DNA of 64,000 bases from contig OZ237753.1 in the NCBI GenBank assembly GCA_965178125.1, forward strand, positions 992,001 through 1,056,000. Reading direction: 5' to 3'. Shown one piece after another: positions 12,035 to 24,075 of this stretch (position 1 is its first letter; every line of letters starts with the position of its first letter). Origin of the DNA: Bilabrum cf. latius (lineage: Eukaryota). The notes under the pieces were generated by a model. The model saw only the letters and a program-made list of their open reading frames with translations. It did not search any database and had not been told where the DNA came from. The translations under genes were made by a program, and so were the position numbers.

Positions 12035-15000
12035 TCAGAGGGTCTCGACGCCCTCTCTGCTGATTCCTTCGTATGGCGTGAGGCCCTCCAAGTTGGTCAC
12101 GGTGTCGTCCGCTCCCTTGTCCTTGAGGTACTCGGCGAGCTCCTCGAACCCATACGCATAGCAGAAATGCAGCGCCGTGTTGCCGGCATTGTTCCTGGCA
12201 TTGATGTTCGCCCCGCGCCGTAGGCACAGCTTGGCGATGCGCCGGTTGCCGTTCTACGCCGCGACGAGCAGCAGGGCGTTCCCGCTCTCGTCCCGGATCT
12301 CGATGTCCACGGCGCCCCCGCCCGGCCCGCCCGTGTTCAGCAGGGCCTCCAGCTCGTCGAAGCGGCTGTTGCGCGCCAGCGAGAACAGCTGGGACACCAG
12401 GTTTGCCTCGTCCCCGGCATCTAGCCGCCGGCCGTCACCCCCCGCAGCCCCCCCGCGTGCGGGGCCGCCCGACCCAGCGCCCAGCCCGTCCTCGTCCTCG
12501 TCCCGAGGCATGGACGAGCCGAGCCCGTCCCCGGGGCGGCCGATCTGCGTGACGAGCGTGGTGACCCGCAATCTCCTGCCCGCAGACCAGGGATCGAACC
12601 CCACCGCGGCCCAGTCCTCCACGATACGCCTGGGAGCCACCACACCCAGCACCCTGGCCTTGTTCGTGTTGGGGTCCTGAGGGAGGTAGTCCGCGTGCTG
12701 AGAGGCAGTTGTGGGAGATGTCACGGCCGTCACGAAGCCGCGGGGCAGGCGCGGCTGCATGGACCGCACCGCCAGCCCCCGCTCCGCGGCGTCCATCCCC
12801 GGGCCCGCTGCCTGGGGCACGTACATGTCGCCCGCCCCCGCGGCCCCGTGCCTCTGGTATGGTGCCATCGCGCCCTGCGGCTGGGCGGGGAGGGTGCTCC
12901 CACCCATGCCCCCCCCTCCTCCCCCCCTGGCGTTGGGACCCCTGCTCTCGTCAGGGGTCATGGTGGGCAGCCGAGGCATGTCCGACATGCGCATCGTGCC
13001 CCCTCCCAACCGACTCTCCCCGCGAGCCGCCTCGAGGAGCGTCATCTGCCCGCCATCCCCTCCTCCACCTCCTCGCCCGTCCCCGGTGTCCCCCCCGCGC
13101 ATCCCCTTCACCGTCGTGCCCCTGGTTACCGCGAACGACACCGCCGACCTGGCCCCCGGGCTGTGCCCCTGCACCTCCACGGGGGAGCGGGGGGCAAATG
13201 CGAAGCCGTCGTCCAGCTCGCCGTGCTCGTGATCGTCCTGCTGCCCGGCAGGACCCATGCCACGGTACATGGGGGCGGCCTGCTGCTGCCCGCCCATGCC
13301 ACTGGATCCATGGAAGCGGTGGCCCGGGGGTATCTCGATAGGCGAAGGCTGGAACTCTTGTCCCTGCCCCTGTACCATGCCAGAGCCCACATCCAGCGGG
13401 GGAGGCATGCTGCCCATGCCCGGCACTCGGCTGGCGCCAGGCACCACCAACGGCGACGACCCGCTGGGCAGCTGCAGCCGCTGGCTCTGCCCGTGGCCCT
13501 GTTGCTGCTGCTGCTGCATGCCGATCCCCAGCCCCAGGCCCAGTCCCAGCGAGAGCAAATCGTGAAGGGACTGGCCACCAGCACCCGCCATGGCGCCCGG
13601 TCCCTGGAGGCCCGCCCCAGCTCCGTGCTGCTGCTGCTGCTGCTGCAGCTGCGGCAGCACGGACTGGAGAGCAGAGGCGATTGAGGCTGCCAGCGCTTGC
13701 GGGTCCTGACCTGCAGGTACCATGACCCCCCCGCCCTACCCGCCCGACTCGCCCATATCCATGCTCCCCGGGACACCGACACCGGACATGCCACCCGTGT
13801 AGCCGCCCGACATTCCCATGGAGGCCTGTCCGCCGGCCTCCTCGAGCGATGAGAGGGCCCCTTGCCCCGGTGCCCCCATGGTGGGGGGTCCTGGGGCCAC
13901 CCCCGGGTGCGCCCCCATGTCATGGAGGGCCCCTCCCCCCATGGCGCGGGGCTCCCCAGTGATGCCGCTCCCCGGGGTGGCCCGCTGTGCCACGTCCCGG
14001 AGGGCCCCGTCGGTCCCCGCAATGGCGGGACCGTATCTGCCAGGCCGGATGGTGTGGGGGGCGCGCGCGTCCACGACCGAGGTGCCCTCCCTCGCCGCCT
14101 CCGCCTCAGCGGCGAGTGCAGCGGCCTGCCTCTGCCGCTGCACCTCCGCCTCCCGCTCGTCTGCTGCCCTCGCTTCGTCCTCGTGCGCCTGACGCTCGAA
14201 GCCGGCCGCCTGGGGGGGCATCAGCAGCGGGTTCCCGTCAGGACCCACACCCGCCTCGGAGGGAGCCTGGCGCGCGAACCGCGTGCCCTCCGCCACCACC
14301 ACGGCGCCCGGCTGGCGACCGGGCACGGCGCGGGGCCCCAGAGTAGACACGCTCTTATGCGAGTCCGTGATGCTTGACGCCCCGCCCTTGCCCCCACCCC
14401 CACGCACCGTACTGGCGCCCCCATCCACCAGCCCGTCACCATCCCGCGGGGCCAGGATGTGCTGCCGCATGCGCTCCTGAGTGTAGGGCCCCGCCGACAG
14501 CGTCTCGCCGGGAAGATCAAGCCCGCTCTTGCTGTACCCCGCGGGACCGGCACGCCCGGGGAGGCTCTGCCCTCCCGCCTGCACGGTCCCGTCATCTCCC
14601 ATGATGCCGCTGTCCTCCAGCCCAGCGGCCCCCCGGGGCACAGGGACCATGTCCCCGGGGGCCTCCTCGCCGTTCATGAGCCGCAGCTGCCTCCGATGGG
14701 AGCGCGACGCTTCCGCCTCAGATCGCAAAGTGTCCACCGCGTCGGTCCGAAGGGAACCCCTTGGGGTCAGCAGGCGCTGGTGCACGAAGCTCCCGTCGTC
14801 GTGCCGCGCATAGAGGTCCCTGGGCAGGCTGCTCTCCAGCGAAAACTCGCCCTCAGCGGGCCCGCCCCCGCGCGCTCGCTTCTCGTCCTCCAGCCGCAGC
14901 TGCTACCCGCCCTCGTCCCTCAGCCGCAGAAGCGTCTCTTCCTCCTCCTCGGCGCCCTCGTCCGGGTCCGGCAGCGGCGGCAGGGGTGGCTCCCAGTACG

Positions 15001-18000
15001 TCTCCCCCGTGCGCCGGTTGTACCAGTATGGGATCCCCCTGCGAGTGCGGAACTCCTGGATCTCGCCCGTCTGCGCGAAGCGGAACGAGCGGTAGATGGT
15101 GGGATCCAGCGGGCCGGCAGGGGCCATGGGGTTGCCATGCAGCAGGAACTCGCCGCCCTCCTGGTGGCCCAGAGCCGTGAACACCTGCGGCTCCGGGGGG
15201 AAGGGGCGCGCCGTGAGCAGGAGGTGGATGAAGTCCTTGGCCGTGTTGGGGGCAGTCGAGGGCTCCGCGAACGGGTAGAACCGGTCGGCGTGCGTGGTGG
15301 TGCCAGCGATGGGCCGGGCCTCGTTGGAGGTGGCCACTTCCTCCGAGGGCGTGAAGGTGTCTGCCTCCAGCCCTGAGGGCACCTCCCGGGGGCGCACCGC
15401 CTCTGCTGTCCTGAAGCCAACGAAGAAACCCTCGCCCGTCTGCTCCTCCCTGTTCACACCGGAGAACAATGGCGCGTCGTGGCCCACCACCAGCACCTCG
15501 GCGCCAGCCCGACCCCTTGCCGTGACACCCACCCGCACGCGCTGGGCCTGGCTCCCCCGGAACTGCCCCTCAGGCTCATGCACTCCCTCCCTCAGTGCCA
15601 CGGCCACGGTGCCATCCCCACCCCCCTGCGCCTGCCCTTCGGCCGCTGCTCCTGCCTCCTCCTTGCTCTCTTCGGCCCCTGCATTCCTCCCCTCCTGCTG
15701 CGCCTTGGTCCGCTGCTCCTCGTCCTCGTCCTCGACCTCCCTCCGCACCTGCTCCAGCGCCTTGTCCACCAGATAGCCAGCCAGGGTCGAGGCCGTCACC
15801 GTCGGTGGCACGCGGTCGTCCAGCGGACTCACCAGCGGCTCCAGCGTGTACATGGGCGCCTCTGCGGGCACGTCCGCCGAGTCGAACACAATGAACCCTC
15901 TGAGCTTGGGGCGGTCAAAGGCCTGTGCCGCCACCGCCGTCGCATCGCCCTCGGGGTCGACCGCATCGCTGCCCACACCCGACTGTGCCGCGGCCTGCTT
16001 GCGGTCCCCCTGTCTCGCCATCCACGCGTCCGTCTCCTGCGTCCCGAAGGCCACTCGCCGCAGTGCCCTCAGGACCCTGGCCTCCCCCACGGGCTCCAGG
16101 CCCCCTGCCACCCCTTCCTCCTGCAGCGCCTCCTCCTCGCCGAGGGCGGCGCGCCAGGTCTGCGTGTGTCCCCTGCCCACGGCCACCATGTCGCTGATGT
16201 CCACGGGGCCCTGGGCCTCGTGCATGCGCACCACGTCCGGCACACGCACGGGGCCCACCGAGGTGCGCTGCACGGCCATGTCGCCCCCAAACTGCGGCGG
16301 CATGCGCGTGGTCACCCAGGCTGTCGTGATCACCTGCTGCGGGAGCCCGCCCACAACGCCCTCCTCTCTGCCCCTTGTAATGCGGAAGAAGGTGCACAGC
16401 AGGCGGTGCTCCGGGGGCGCGCGGGGCCTCTCGATGAACGAGGGCACTGGCTCTGTGTGCACCGTGCCCGCGTCGATACCAGCGGGGAGGGCCAGCGGCC
16501 CAAGGTGGACCTCCTCCCGGGGGCCCTCGGCCTGCATCCACTCCCCTGAGAGCCACCGCTTGTTCCTCGCTTGGCTCCGTTGCTGGCTCCACGCGCGCTC
16601 CTGGGCGCGGGCCTGCTCCCGCTCCTCCCTGCTGGCTTCGTACGCGTCTGCCTCCTCAGCGACCGCCTTGAGCTCGGTGCCGTGGGGCACGGGCACCGGG
16701 ACGGTCCTAGGCTCGTACGGCTCGTACCGGCGGGGCTCCCGGATGGCCCGTGGGCGCGGCGGGGGCAGCGTGATCATGTACCTCCATTGCAGGCCGGCCG
16801 CATCCCTGTGTCCCAGGTCCATCTGGTCGGGCCCGTCCATCACCTCGGGGCCCTTGGACTCTTCGGCATCGAAGAGGTGGGCGCGTCCGTGCCTGCCGTC
16901 CGCCCGGGCATCTTCCGCAGCGCGCACCTCTGCCCGCATCTGCTCCTCCATGGCCTCTGCATGCCCCCCTTGCTGCTGCTGCTTGGCCTCTGCATCCGCC
17001 TCGTCTGCCGCTGCCTGCAGCCTCAGAGCCTCCTTCCGATCCGCATCGGCCAGCCGCTGCTAAGACAGCCACTGCTCCCGTACCTCCTCGGCCGCTGCAT
17101 CCGGGTCCTCGTCACCCCTTGCCTCCGCCTCCCTGCGCGCCTCCTCGCAGCGCTCCAGCAGAAGGTCGCTCGGGAGGGGCCGCACCGTGACTCCCAGCCC
17201 CGGCCCCCTCTCGCCCTCCGCGTACACCACTCCCTCTCGCTCCAGTCGGCTTACGAGAGTCGTGGAGAGGCCCCTGTCAGTCTGCACCGGGTACTGATGC
17301 CCGCTGTCCGTCAGGAAGCGGGGCACCCTCCTCGCTCGTCGCCTGCGCTCTGCCGCCAGCCGCACTGGGTCGTCCAGCTCGGGCGAGATCTCCAACAGGT
17401 CGGTGCGCACCGCACCCTCGCCCTCACCCTCCTTGGCCTCTCCTGCCATCTCTCGCATGGCCACCGCGCGCTGCGTGCCGTCCGTTGGGCTCCCACCGCC
17501 AGTGACTGTGACCCCCCGTCCGTCCTCCAGCACCCGCAGCATACCCCTTCCCCCCTGCACCGCCAGCTGCGTGTTGGTCCCCACGCTCTCCAGCACACCG
17601 CCCTCCTTGGTCTCAGTCCAGCGCACCGTGGGCACGTCCAGGAAAAGACCCACCCCAGCCCCCCGCGGAGCATTGCGCCTCTTGTCGCGCGTGCGCCGCA
17701 GCACCACGGGGACATGCGGGTCCTCTTCGTCCCCGCTGCCGCTCCCCAGCTCCACAGCGGCGCGCTGCTGCTCCTCGTCATCATCCGGCAGGATCTCCCC
17801 CGTCTGGATCTTGCGCTGGCGCTCATGCTCCTTGCGCTATTCCTCGAAGCTCCTGCGGTTGGCCTCGGTCACTCGGTGCTGCGCCTTTGCAGGCAGCTGC
17901 CCGGTGAGCATGGCCAGCGGGAAGCGATGCGCCCCCCTCCACCGCATCTTGCGGGACCACCTGTAGTTCCGTAGAGTCCCCCGCAGCCGCATGGTGCGAC

Positions 18001-21000
18001 CGATGGCCCCTCCTGCCTGGTAGCCCGCAGACAGGAGACCCACACGGACCGCCTCCATCAGGCTCCTCGCCCACTGCCTCCTCCTGCGCAGTCTCCTCTG
18101 CCTCTCGTTGTGGTGGCCCACTGCGTCTGCCAGTGCCCTGTACATAGGGTGCCTGGACTCCTCCACCGCGTAGAAAGCCTGCTTCTCAGCGTCAAAGCGC
18201 AGGCTAGCCGCGTGCTTGCCGAAAACCTCGTGGATCTCCTCCGCTCTGAAAGGGCGCCCGATGGCTGCCACGTTCCAGTTGGAGCACGCCAGCACAGACT
18301 GCCCCTGCTTGACACCAAGGAGCATCTGCTCGGGCTCGTCCTCCTGCCTGTGCAGCTGGCACTTGGCACCCGTGCCCATTACCCAGCAGTTGAAGCAAAC
18401 CTCTCGTCTGCGCTTGGGGGGCATGGGCACCTCGACGTTGGGCCGCGGCAGGGCCCCATCGTCCTCCTCTTCTTGTCCCTTGGCCTCCCCGAGCCCCTCG
18501 TGCTCCTGGGCGGCCCCCCGCGAGCCGGCCCCCAGCTGCTGCCCCAGCCCCGCGAACTTCATCGTTGGTGCCATCTCGTCCGTTGCATCGCTCTGCTGTA
18601 CGGGCATCCCGCGCCTGTCAGTTCCCGTCCTCGTCTTGCTGCCCCCGCGCTTGCCCTTGCCCTTGCGCCTGCGCCTGCCCTTGCCCTGCCTCTGCTGCTG
18701 CCGCTCCCCCACTGCCGCCCCGAACGGCTTCCCCATGCCCGCCAGCCCCTGGTCTCCCGTGGACGAGGCCAGCAGCGCCGCCACAGAGTCATACTTGGTG
18801 GACCGCAGTGCTCCCGAGACCACCTCCCGCAGACTGGACTTCCTCGTCCCGTCGGGGTGGAACAGCCTGCCCTCTTCCAGCGCGTCCTCTGCGTCCACGC
18901 TGCCCACGCTCTTGGCCTCGTCCTGCTGCGGGTCCTGGGGCCGGTTCTCATGCTGTCCGTACGGCCCGGGCCCCAGCGAGTCCAAGCTCCCCTGCCCTGG
19001 CAGCGGGCCCGGCGGTGGCTGCCCGTGCGTGGACGCGTGCATGAGCGCCCTCCCATCCGATACACCCTGCTGGTCGCCCTCGCCCAGCTGCTGCCCGCTC
19101 GCTCCCGGACCCACCTGCGTGGCCCAGTCGCCCCCGCGGGAGATGGAGGACGGGGCGGGCCGATGGGCGAGCGCCGCCCTGTGGTCCAGCGGCTGCAGCT
19201 GCGATGCACCCAGCATACGGGGCTGCGGCAGGGTGCCTCCCATGGCCTGCGTATCTGTGGAGCGGACGCTCTGCAGGGCCATGGGCGTGCCGGGCTGGTG
19301 GAGCCCAGGCTGCTGGTAGTACTGGTGCTGCCCCGCAATGGGGTCCAGGGGACTCCGTGGGGGCATGTGTCCGATGGTAGAGTCCAGCGCCCCGGGAGTA
19401 ATAGCACGCGGAGGCAGCCCGCCGGCACCGTGCTGTCCTTGCTGCTGTTGCTGCTGCTGGGTTGCGATCCTCAGCTGGGAGAAGGAGCCCCCCGTCACCG
19501 GAGGGGAACCCCCTTGCGGGCCGTGCGCCAAGGGGCCTAATCGGTGGGGCTGCGGGGTGCCCGGCTGCTGCATCCCTTCGGCTCGCATGCGCCGCGCAGA
19601 CTCCTCGGACATGGGCTGCAGCGCGGGGCCGCCAGGGGTGGGCAGCATCGAGTCGCCGCCTAGAGTCCGGCCAGGGGTGCCCAGGCCGTACGGGTCTGCC
19701 GGCCCCGCCTCCGGGTCGATCACTACGGCCCCGCTGGGCAACTGCCTCTGGCGCTGCCCGGGTACTGCGGCTCCGCTGTCCCCTGCCCCCATGGATCTGG
19801 CCGAGAATTCCTCGTGCATCCTCCTGGCCTCCTCTTCCTCGGCATATACCCCCGTTTGCGTGTTGAGCAGATAGACCTGCCTCGTCCCCGGGTCCACGAT
19901 CCGCTGCACCACTAGGCCGCCGTGGAACGCGCGCTCGTACGCTTTCCGAAACTCGGACCGAAGCTTGCGCACCCTCCGCCTTGCTGAGAAACCTCGCCAT
20001 GCCCGCTGCATGCCCTCCACAGCCCGCATGTGCTCCACCTCCCGCTCCCCCTCCTGCATCCCCCGCTGCACCCCCGCCTCCGCCCTCGCCCTCGCCTCCA
20101 CCCCTCCCTCGGCCATGCTCAGCCGCTCCTGCTCCGCCTCGATCTCTGCCACCGTCATGCCCTTGCGCGGGGCGAAGTCGTCCACGCCCTCCCGCACGCG
20201 CCGCTCCTCTGCGTCGAAGCCAAAGCGCCCGCTCGGTCTGCCGTCACCAGCCTGCTGGTCTCTCTCCTGATACCCTGTGCCCTGCCCAACCTCCCCCGCG
20301 CGACCGTCCATTTGCACGGGCGTGTCTGGTCTCGAGTCACCTGCGAGTGATGACTCCATGCTAGCCCGCCCCGAGATCGAGGGCCCCACCCCGCTGACAT
20401 CCGCTCCCTCGGGCCCCACCCCGAAGTCCTCCTCTTCCTCGTCACGGTACTCGTCCTCAGACCCAGACCCAGGCCCCCTAGAGGAGCCGCCCGGGGTCTG
20501 CGCGGATGGGGTCCCTGGCGCGCTACCAGGAGTACGCCCTTGCCCCAGTCCGTGCGTATCGAGAACAGGTGCGGGGGCATCCGCCGGCGGGGCCTGCACG
20601 CCAAGCCCAGCAGCACCGGCCCCCATTGGCACCGGGGCACGGGCTGCAGCAGATCCAGGCGGCATGCCCCCGCTCGTGCCAGGCATGCCACCGGCCATCG
20701 GCATGCCATATCCCATGCCCATGCCGGGCTGCATGCCCATGCCCATCCCAAAGCCCATGCCGGGCTGCATGCCCATGCCCATGCCCATGCCCATCCCCAT
20801 GCTGCCGCCCATGCCCATGCCCTGCGAAGCCGCCAGCATGGAGGACGAGCCCATGCCCAACGAGGGCTGGGACTAGAAGTGCGATTGCGAGCTGGAGGCC
20901 AATCCCAGCTGGCCCTATGACATGGACCCAGATACCTGGCCTTGTCCTTGTCCCTGCTACGGCTGCTGGCTACCCAGTGGGGGCAAGGGAGCATACCCCT

Positions 21001-21592
21001 GCGGGGTCATCCCCGGCATCGGCAGCATCATGCCCTGCAGGGGCCCGAATGGGGCCATTGCCATCGGCACTCCACCCGCGCCGCCAGGCCCATTATGCTA
21101 GCTGCCTTGGCCACCGGAATACATGCTGCGCAGTGCTGCCTGGGCCGCTGCATGAGCGGCCTGCGATGCCTACTTCGAAATGTCGTCGTCAGTCACAACA
21201 CCACCTAGTGGTATCGGCGGTACTGATGGGGGATGTCTATCTCTATCTTGCGGCGGCGATCTTGAGCGGCGGCCCCGACTTGGTGGGGATCGCGACCTCG
21301 ATCCACCAAGCCGACTTGAGCTCCTTGTGCCACGCCGCCCGCGACCGCGGCGCTGCTCATGCTATGATGCTACCGCAGAATCCTGAGCCCACCTGCCTCC
21401 AGTGCCAAGCAGTTCTTCAGTCTGCTCAGTGATGTACCCAGGCGGGAGCCTGGTCGAACTCCCCCCTCGCTGCATCTACCTCCCCCGTAATGTGGCATCT
21501 TTTCGCCCTTTCAAGAAGGATCTAGTTGAGTCATTCAGGCCTGGACGACGGCGCTGGGCAGCGCCGCGCCCACCATCGTGGTAGGCCGACAT
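12035..21592 (-). CDS. giant (~3185 aa) low-complexity protein with IQ, WW, Cys/His cluster and C-terminal ankyrin repeats
   Basis: One frame from ATG 21592 to TGA 12035-12037 with 12 TAGs (21476, 21362, 21170, 21098, 20957, 20915, 20873, 17837, 17060, 14903, 13736, 12254). IQ-like MQRAWRGFSARRRV; WW GIPYWYNRRTGETYWEPP; CFNCW..CQLH; ankyrin GNALLLVAA*NGNRRIAKLCLRRGANINARNNAGNTALHFC. Confidence 0.82.
20715..20822 (-). repeat. coding (Met-Gly)n / MQPG low-complexity repeat
   Basis: Runs of GCCCAT units on + encode MGMGMG and MQPGMG repeats in the giant protein. Confidence 0.7.
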
Positions 21593-21774
21593 TTTTGCTG
21601 CGTTTTCCAAAACCGATACATGCATTGTACAGTGTTGATTCGACAGACCCTCGAAATCTGGTATAACTTGGGACCCGTTGGGACAACCAGGAGCTGCAGC
21701 TGCAGCAGTAGCCAACACCCCTGTTCATTGTCACAAGGCAAGATTCAATCAGTCAATTATTGTGACTTATTGCG

Positions 21775-24038
21775 ATGCAGGCCACTAAAGCTGCATCGAA
21801 CACCGGCGGAGGCAAGGGTCCTGGGAGCGGCGCGAGTGACCACGAGACTGTCAAAGTTGCCGTCCGTTGCAGAGGTTTGAATGCCAAAGAGCAACAAAGT
21901 GGGGCTGGAGTTGCAATTACAGTACATCCTGTGAGCCTCGACGCAAATTGGAACGCCAGGATCCACGAGATCACCCACTGCCGGGTATCGACGCACATCC
22001 TCGTGCCATTTGCTTTGTTGATTGCTACCATTGCTTTGTTTTTATTCCAACAGGAGACCCAACAAGTGACTGCTGGAAAAAGAGCGTTTTCCTTTGACTG
22101 GGCGTATGGGGAGACTTCCACGCAGCAAGAGGTGTACGAATCATCCGTGGCACCGCTGGTGCAGGCCTTCCTGTCCGGATTGAACGCTTCCATCCTCGCC
22201 TACGGACAAACTGGCGCGGGTAAGACATATACGATGGGAACAACGTTCGATCCGTCCGAAAGCGCCGGTCGCGTGGGCGTGATTCCTAGAGTCCTGCAGG
22301 ACGTGTTTGGCGGAGTGGAAGCCGCTGCTGCGTCGGGCGAGTGGAAGCACAGGCTAGAGGCGTCCTACTTGGAGATCTACAACGAGCAGGTGCGCGATCT
22401 GCTCATGCCAGAGGGTGAGCAGCCCCCCAAGCGCGGGTACCACATGCACCGCGACGATTTCGGCAACTACGACGTGCAGGGGGTGACGCACGTGCCCATG
22501 ACGAGCTTGGAGGACCTCGCCCTGCTACTGGAGAGGGGCGCGCACAGGAGGGCGACGGCCGCCACCAACATGAACGCAACTTCCTCCAGGTCCCATGCCG
22601 TGTTCACGCTGCGGCTAGAGCAGATCCCCACCACCTCTTCGTCGTCGTCATCGGGGGCACTGCCAGCAGCAGGGGCAGCATCGGCTGCGAGCGGCGAAGA
22701 GGAGGTGGATGAGGATGACACGGACAGTGCCGGAAGCTAGGCAGGGGCACCGTCTACGCCGGACGCGAAAGCTCGGCCGGCCCCCGTAGTGTCCTCGGAT
22801 GGTCTGCGCAAGGTGTCTGTGTTCCGGCTGGTGGACCTGGCAGGCAGCGAGCGGGCCAAGAAGACTGGGGCCGAGGGGCAGCGGCTGCGGGAGGCCAACA
22901 ACATCAACCAGAGCCTGAGCACGCTGGGGCGGTGCATCACCGCCCTGGCTTCCAGGGCGAGCCACGTGCCATTCCGAAACAGCAAGCTCACGCAGCTGCT
23001 GAGCAACAGCCTGGGTGGCAACAGCGCCACCCTCATGATTGCATGCGTCAGCCCTGCCGACAGCAGCTTTGAGGAGACTCTCAATACCCTGCGGTACGCA
23101 GATACGGCCTCTTCTATCGAGAACAAGCCGGTGGTGAACGCAGACCCGCACGCTGCATCGGTGGTGCAACTGCGGGGGTGCATCAGCGAGCTGCGGCGCG
23201 AGCTGGCGAGGCTCTACTCCAAGGGGGTGGCCATCGACGGGGACATCCTGCAGCGGTACGACATCTCGGGGGCCAGTGGAGCCTCCCCTAGAAAGCTGGG
23301 GCCGGGGCAAGGGGCGGTGGCGGGATCCTCGCGCTCGCCGGCAGTGCTGGCACGGGTGGCTTGGGGGGACGAGAGGCCAATTACGGGGACGGGGGCGGCG
23401 CGGGCGCTGGGTGCCTCTGCGCTGTCAGCCAGCTCCAGCTCTGCCGCTGCTGCGGGCGGTGCCCCGTTCGGTGTCGGACTGGGTCCCGGCGCGGTCGGTC
23501 ACGAGCTCAGCGCTCTGCGTGACGAGCTCGCTGATGCGCATGCGCAGGCGCACCGCGCGAATGCCGACCTCGCCCAGGCCCGCCGGGAGCTGGCTGACAT
23601 GGGACAGAGGGGGCGCTGGGCCGTCGACCAGGCCAGCCGGTTGCTGGAGGAGAACGCGGGGCTGGAAGCAGCAAGAGACAAGTGGAGGTGGCGGTTTGAG
23701 ACCGTGGCGGCGAGCGTGCACGCACCGACGGAGGCGGAAGACGACCATGCAGAGAGCAAAGAGACCGAGGGAACAGAGAGAAAAGAGGCAGACAGCGCTG
23801 GGGAGGATGAGGGGGAGGATGAGGCCGGTCTCGAGCAGCTGCCCGCCGGGGCCCGGTGGGTGGTGGGGCGGCTCCGGTCGAGCGGTGAGAAGGCCGCCCT
23901 CCAGCTCGTGGGCGAGAAGGACGAGGAGCTGCAGTGCCTGAGGCACCGCTTGCAGTCCATGCGGGCTGGGCTAGAAGGGGTGGCCGCCGCTGGGGCCGAG
24001 GCGGAGGAACAGATCGCCGCCGATGCCCAACCGGGCAG

Positions 24039-24075
<37 letters not shown>

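Noticed and set aside
12254-12256. TAG as Trp (A-to-I editing), pyrrolysine, Leu, Tyr or Glu
   Set aside because: Informative sites (AA*NG, I*FG, T*I, VG*IP, D*DQDQ, Q-rich tracts) fit Gln. No pyl genes are seen and the DNA is eukaryotic. U-to-C mRNA editing cannot be excluded from DNA alone but is less parsimonious.
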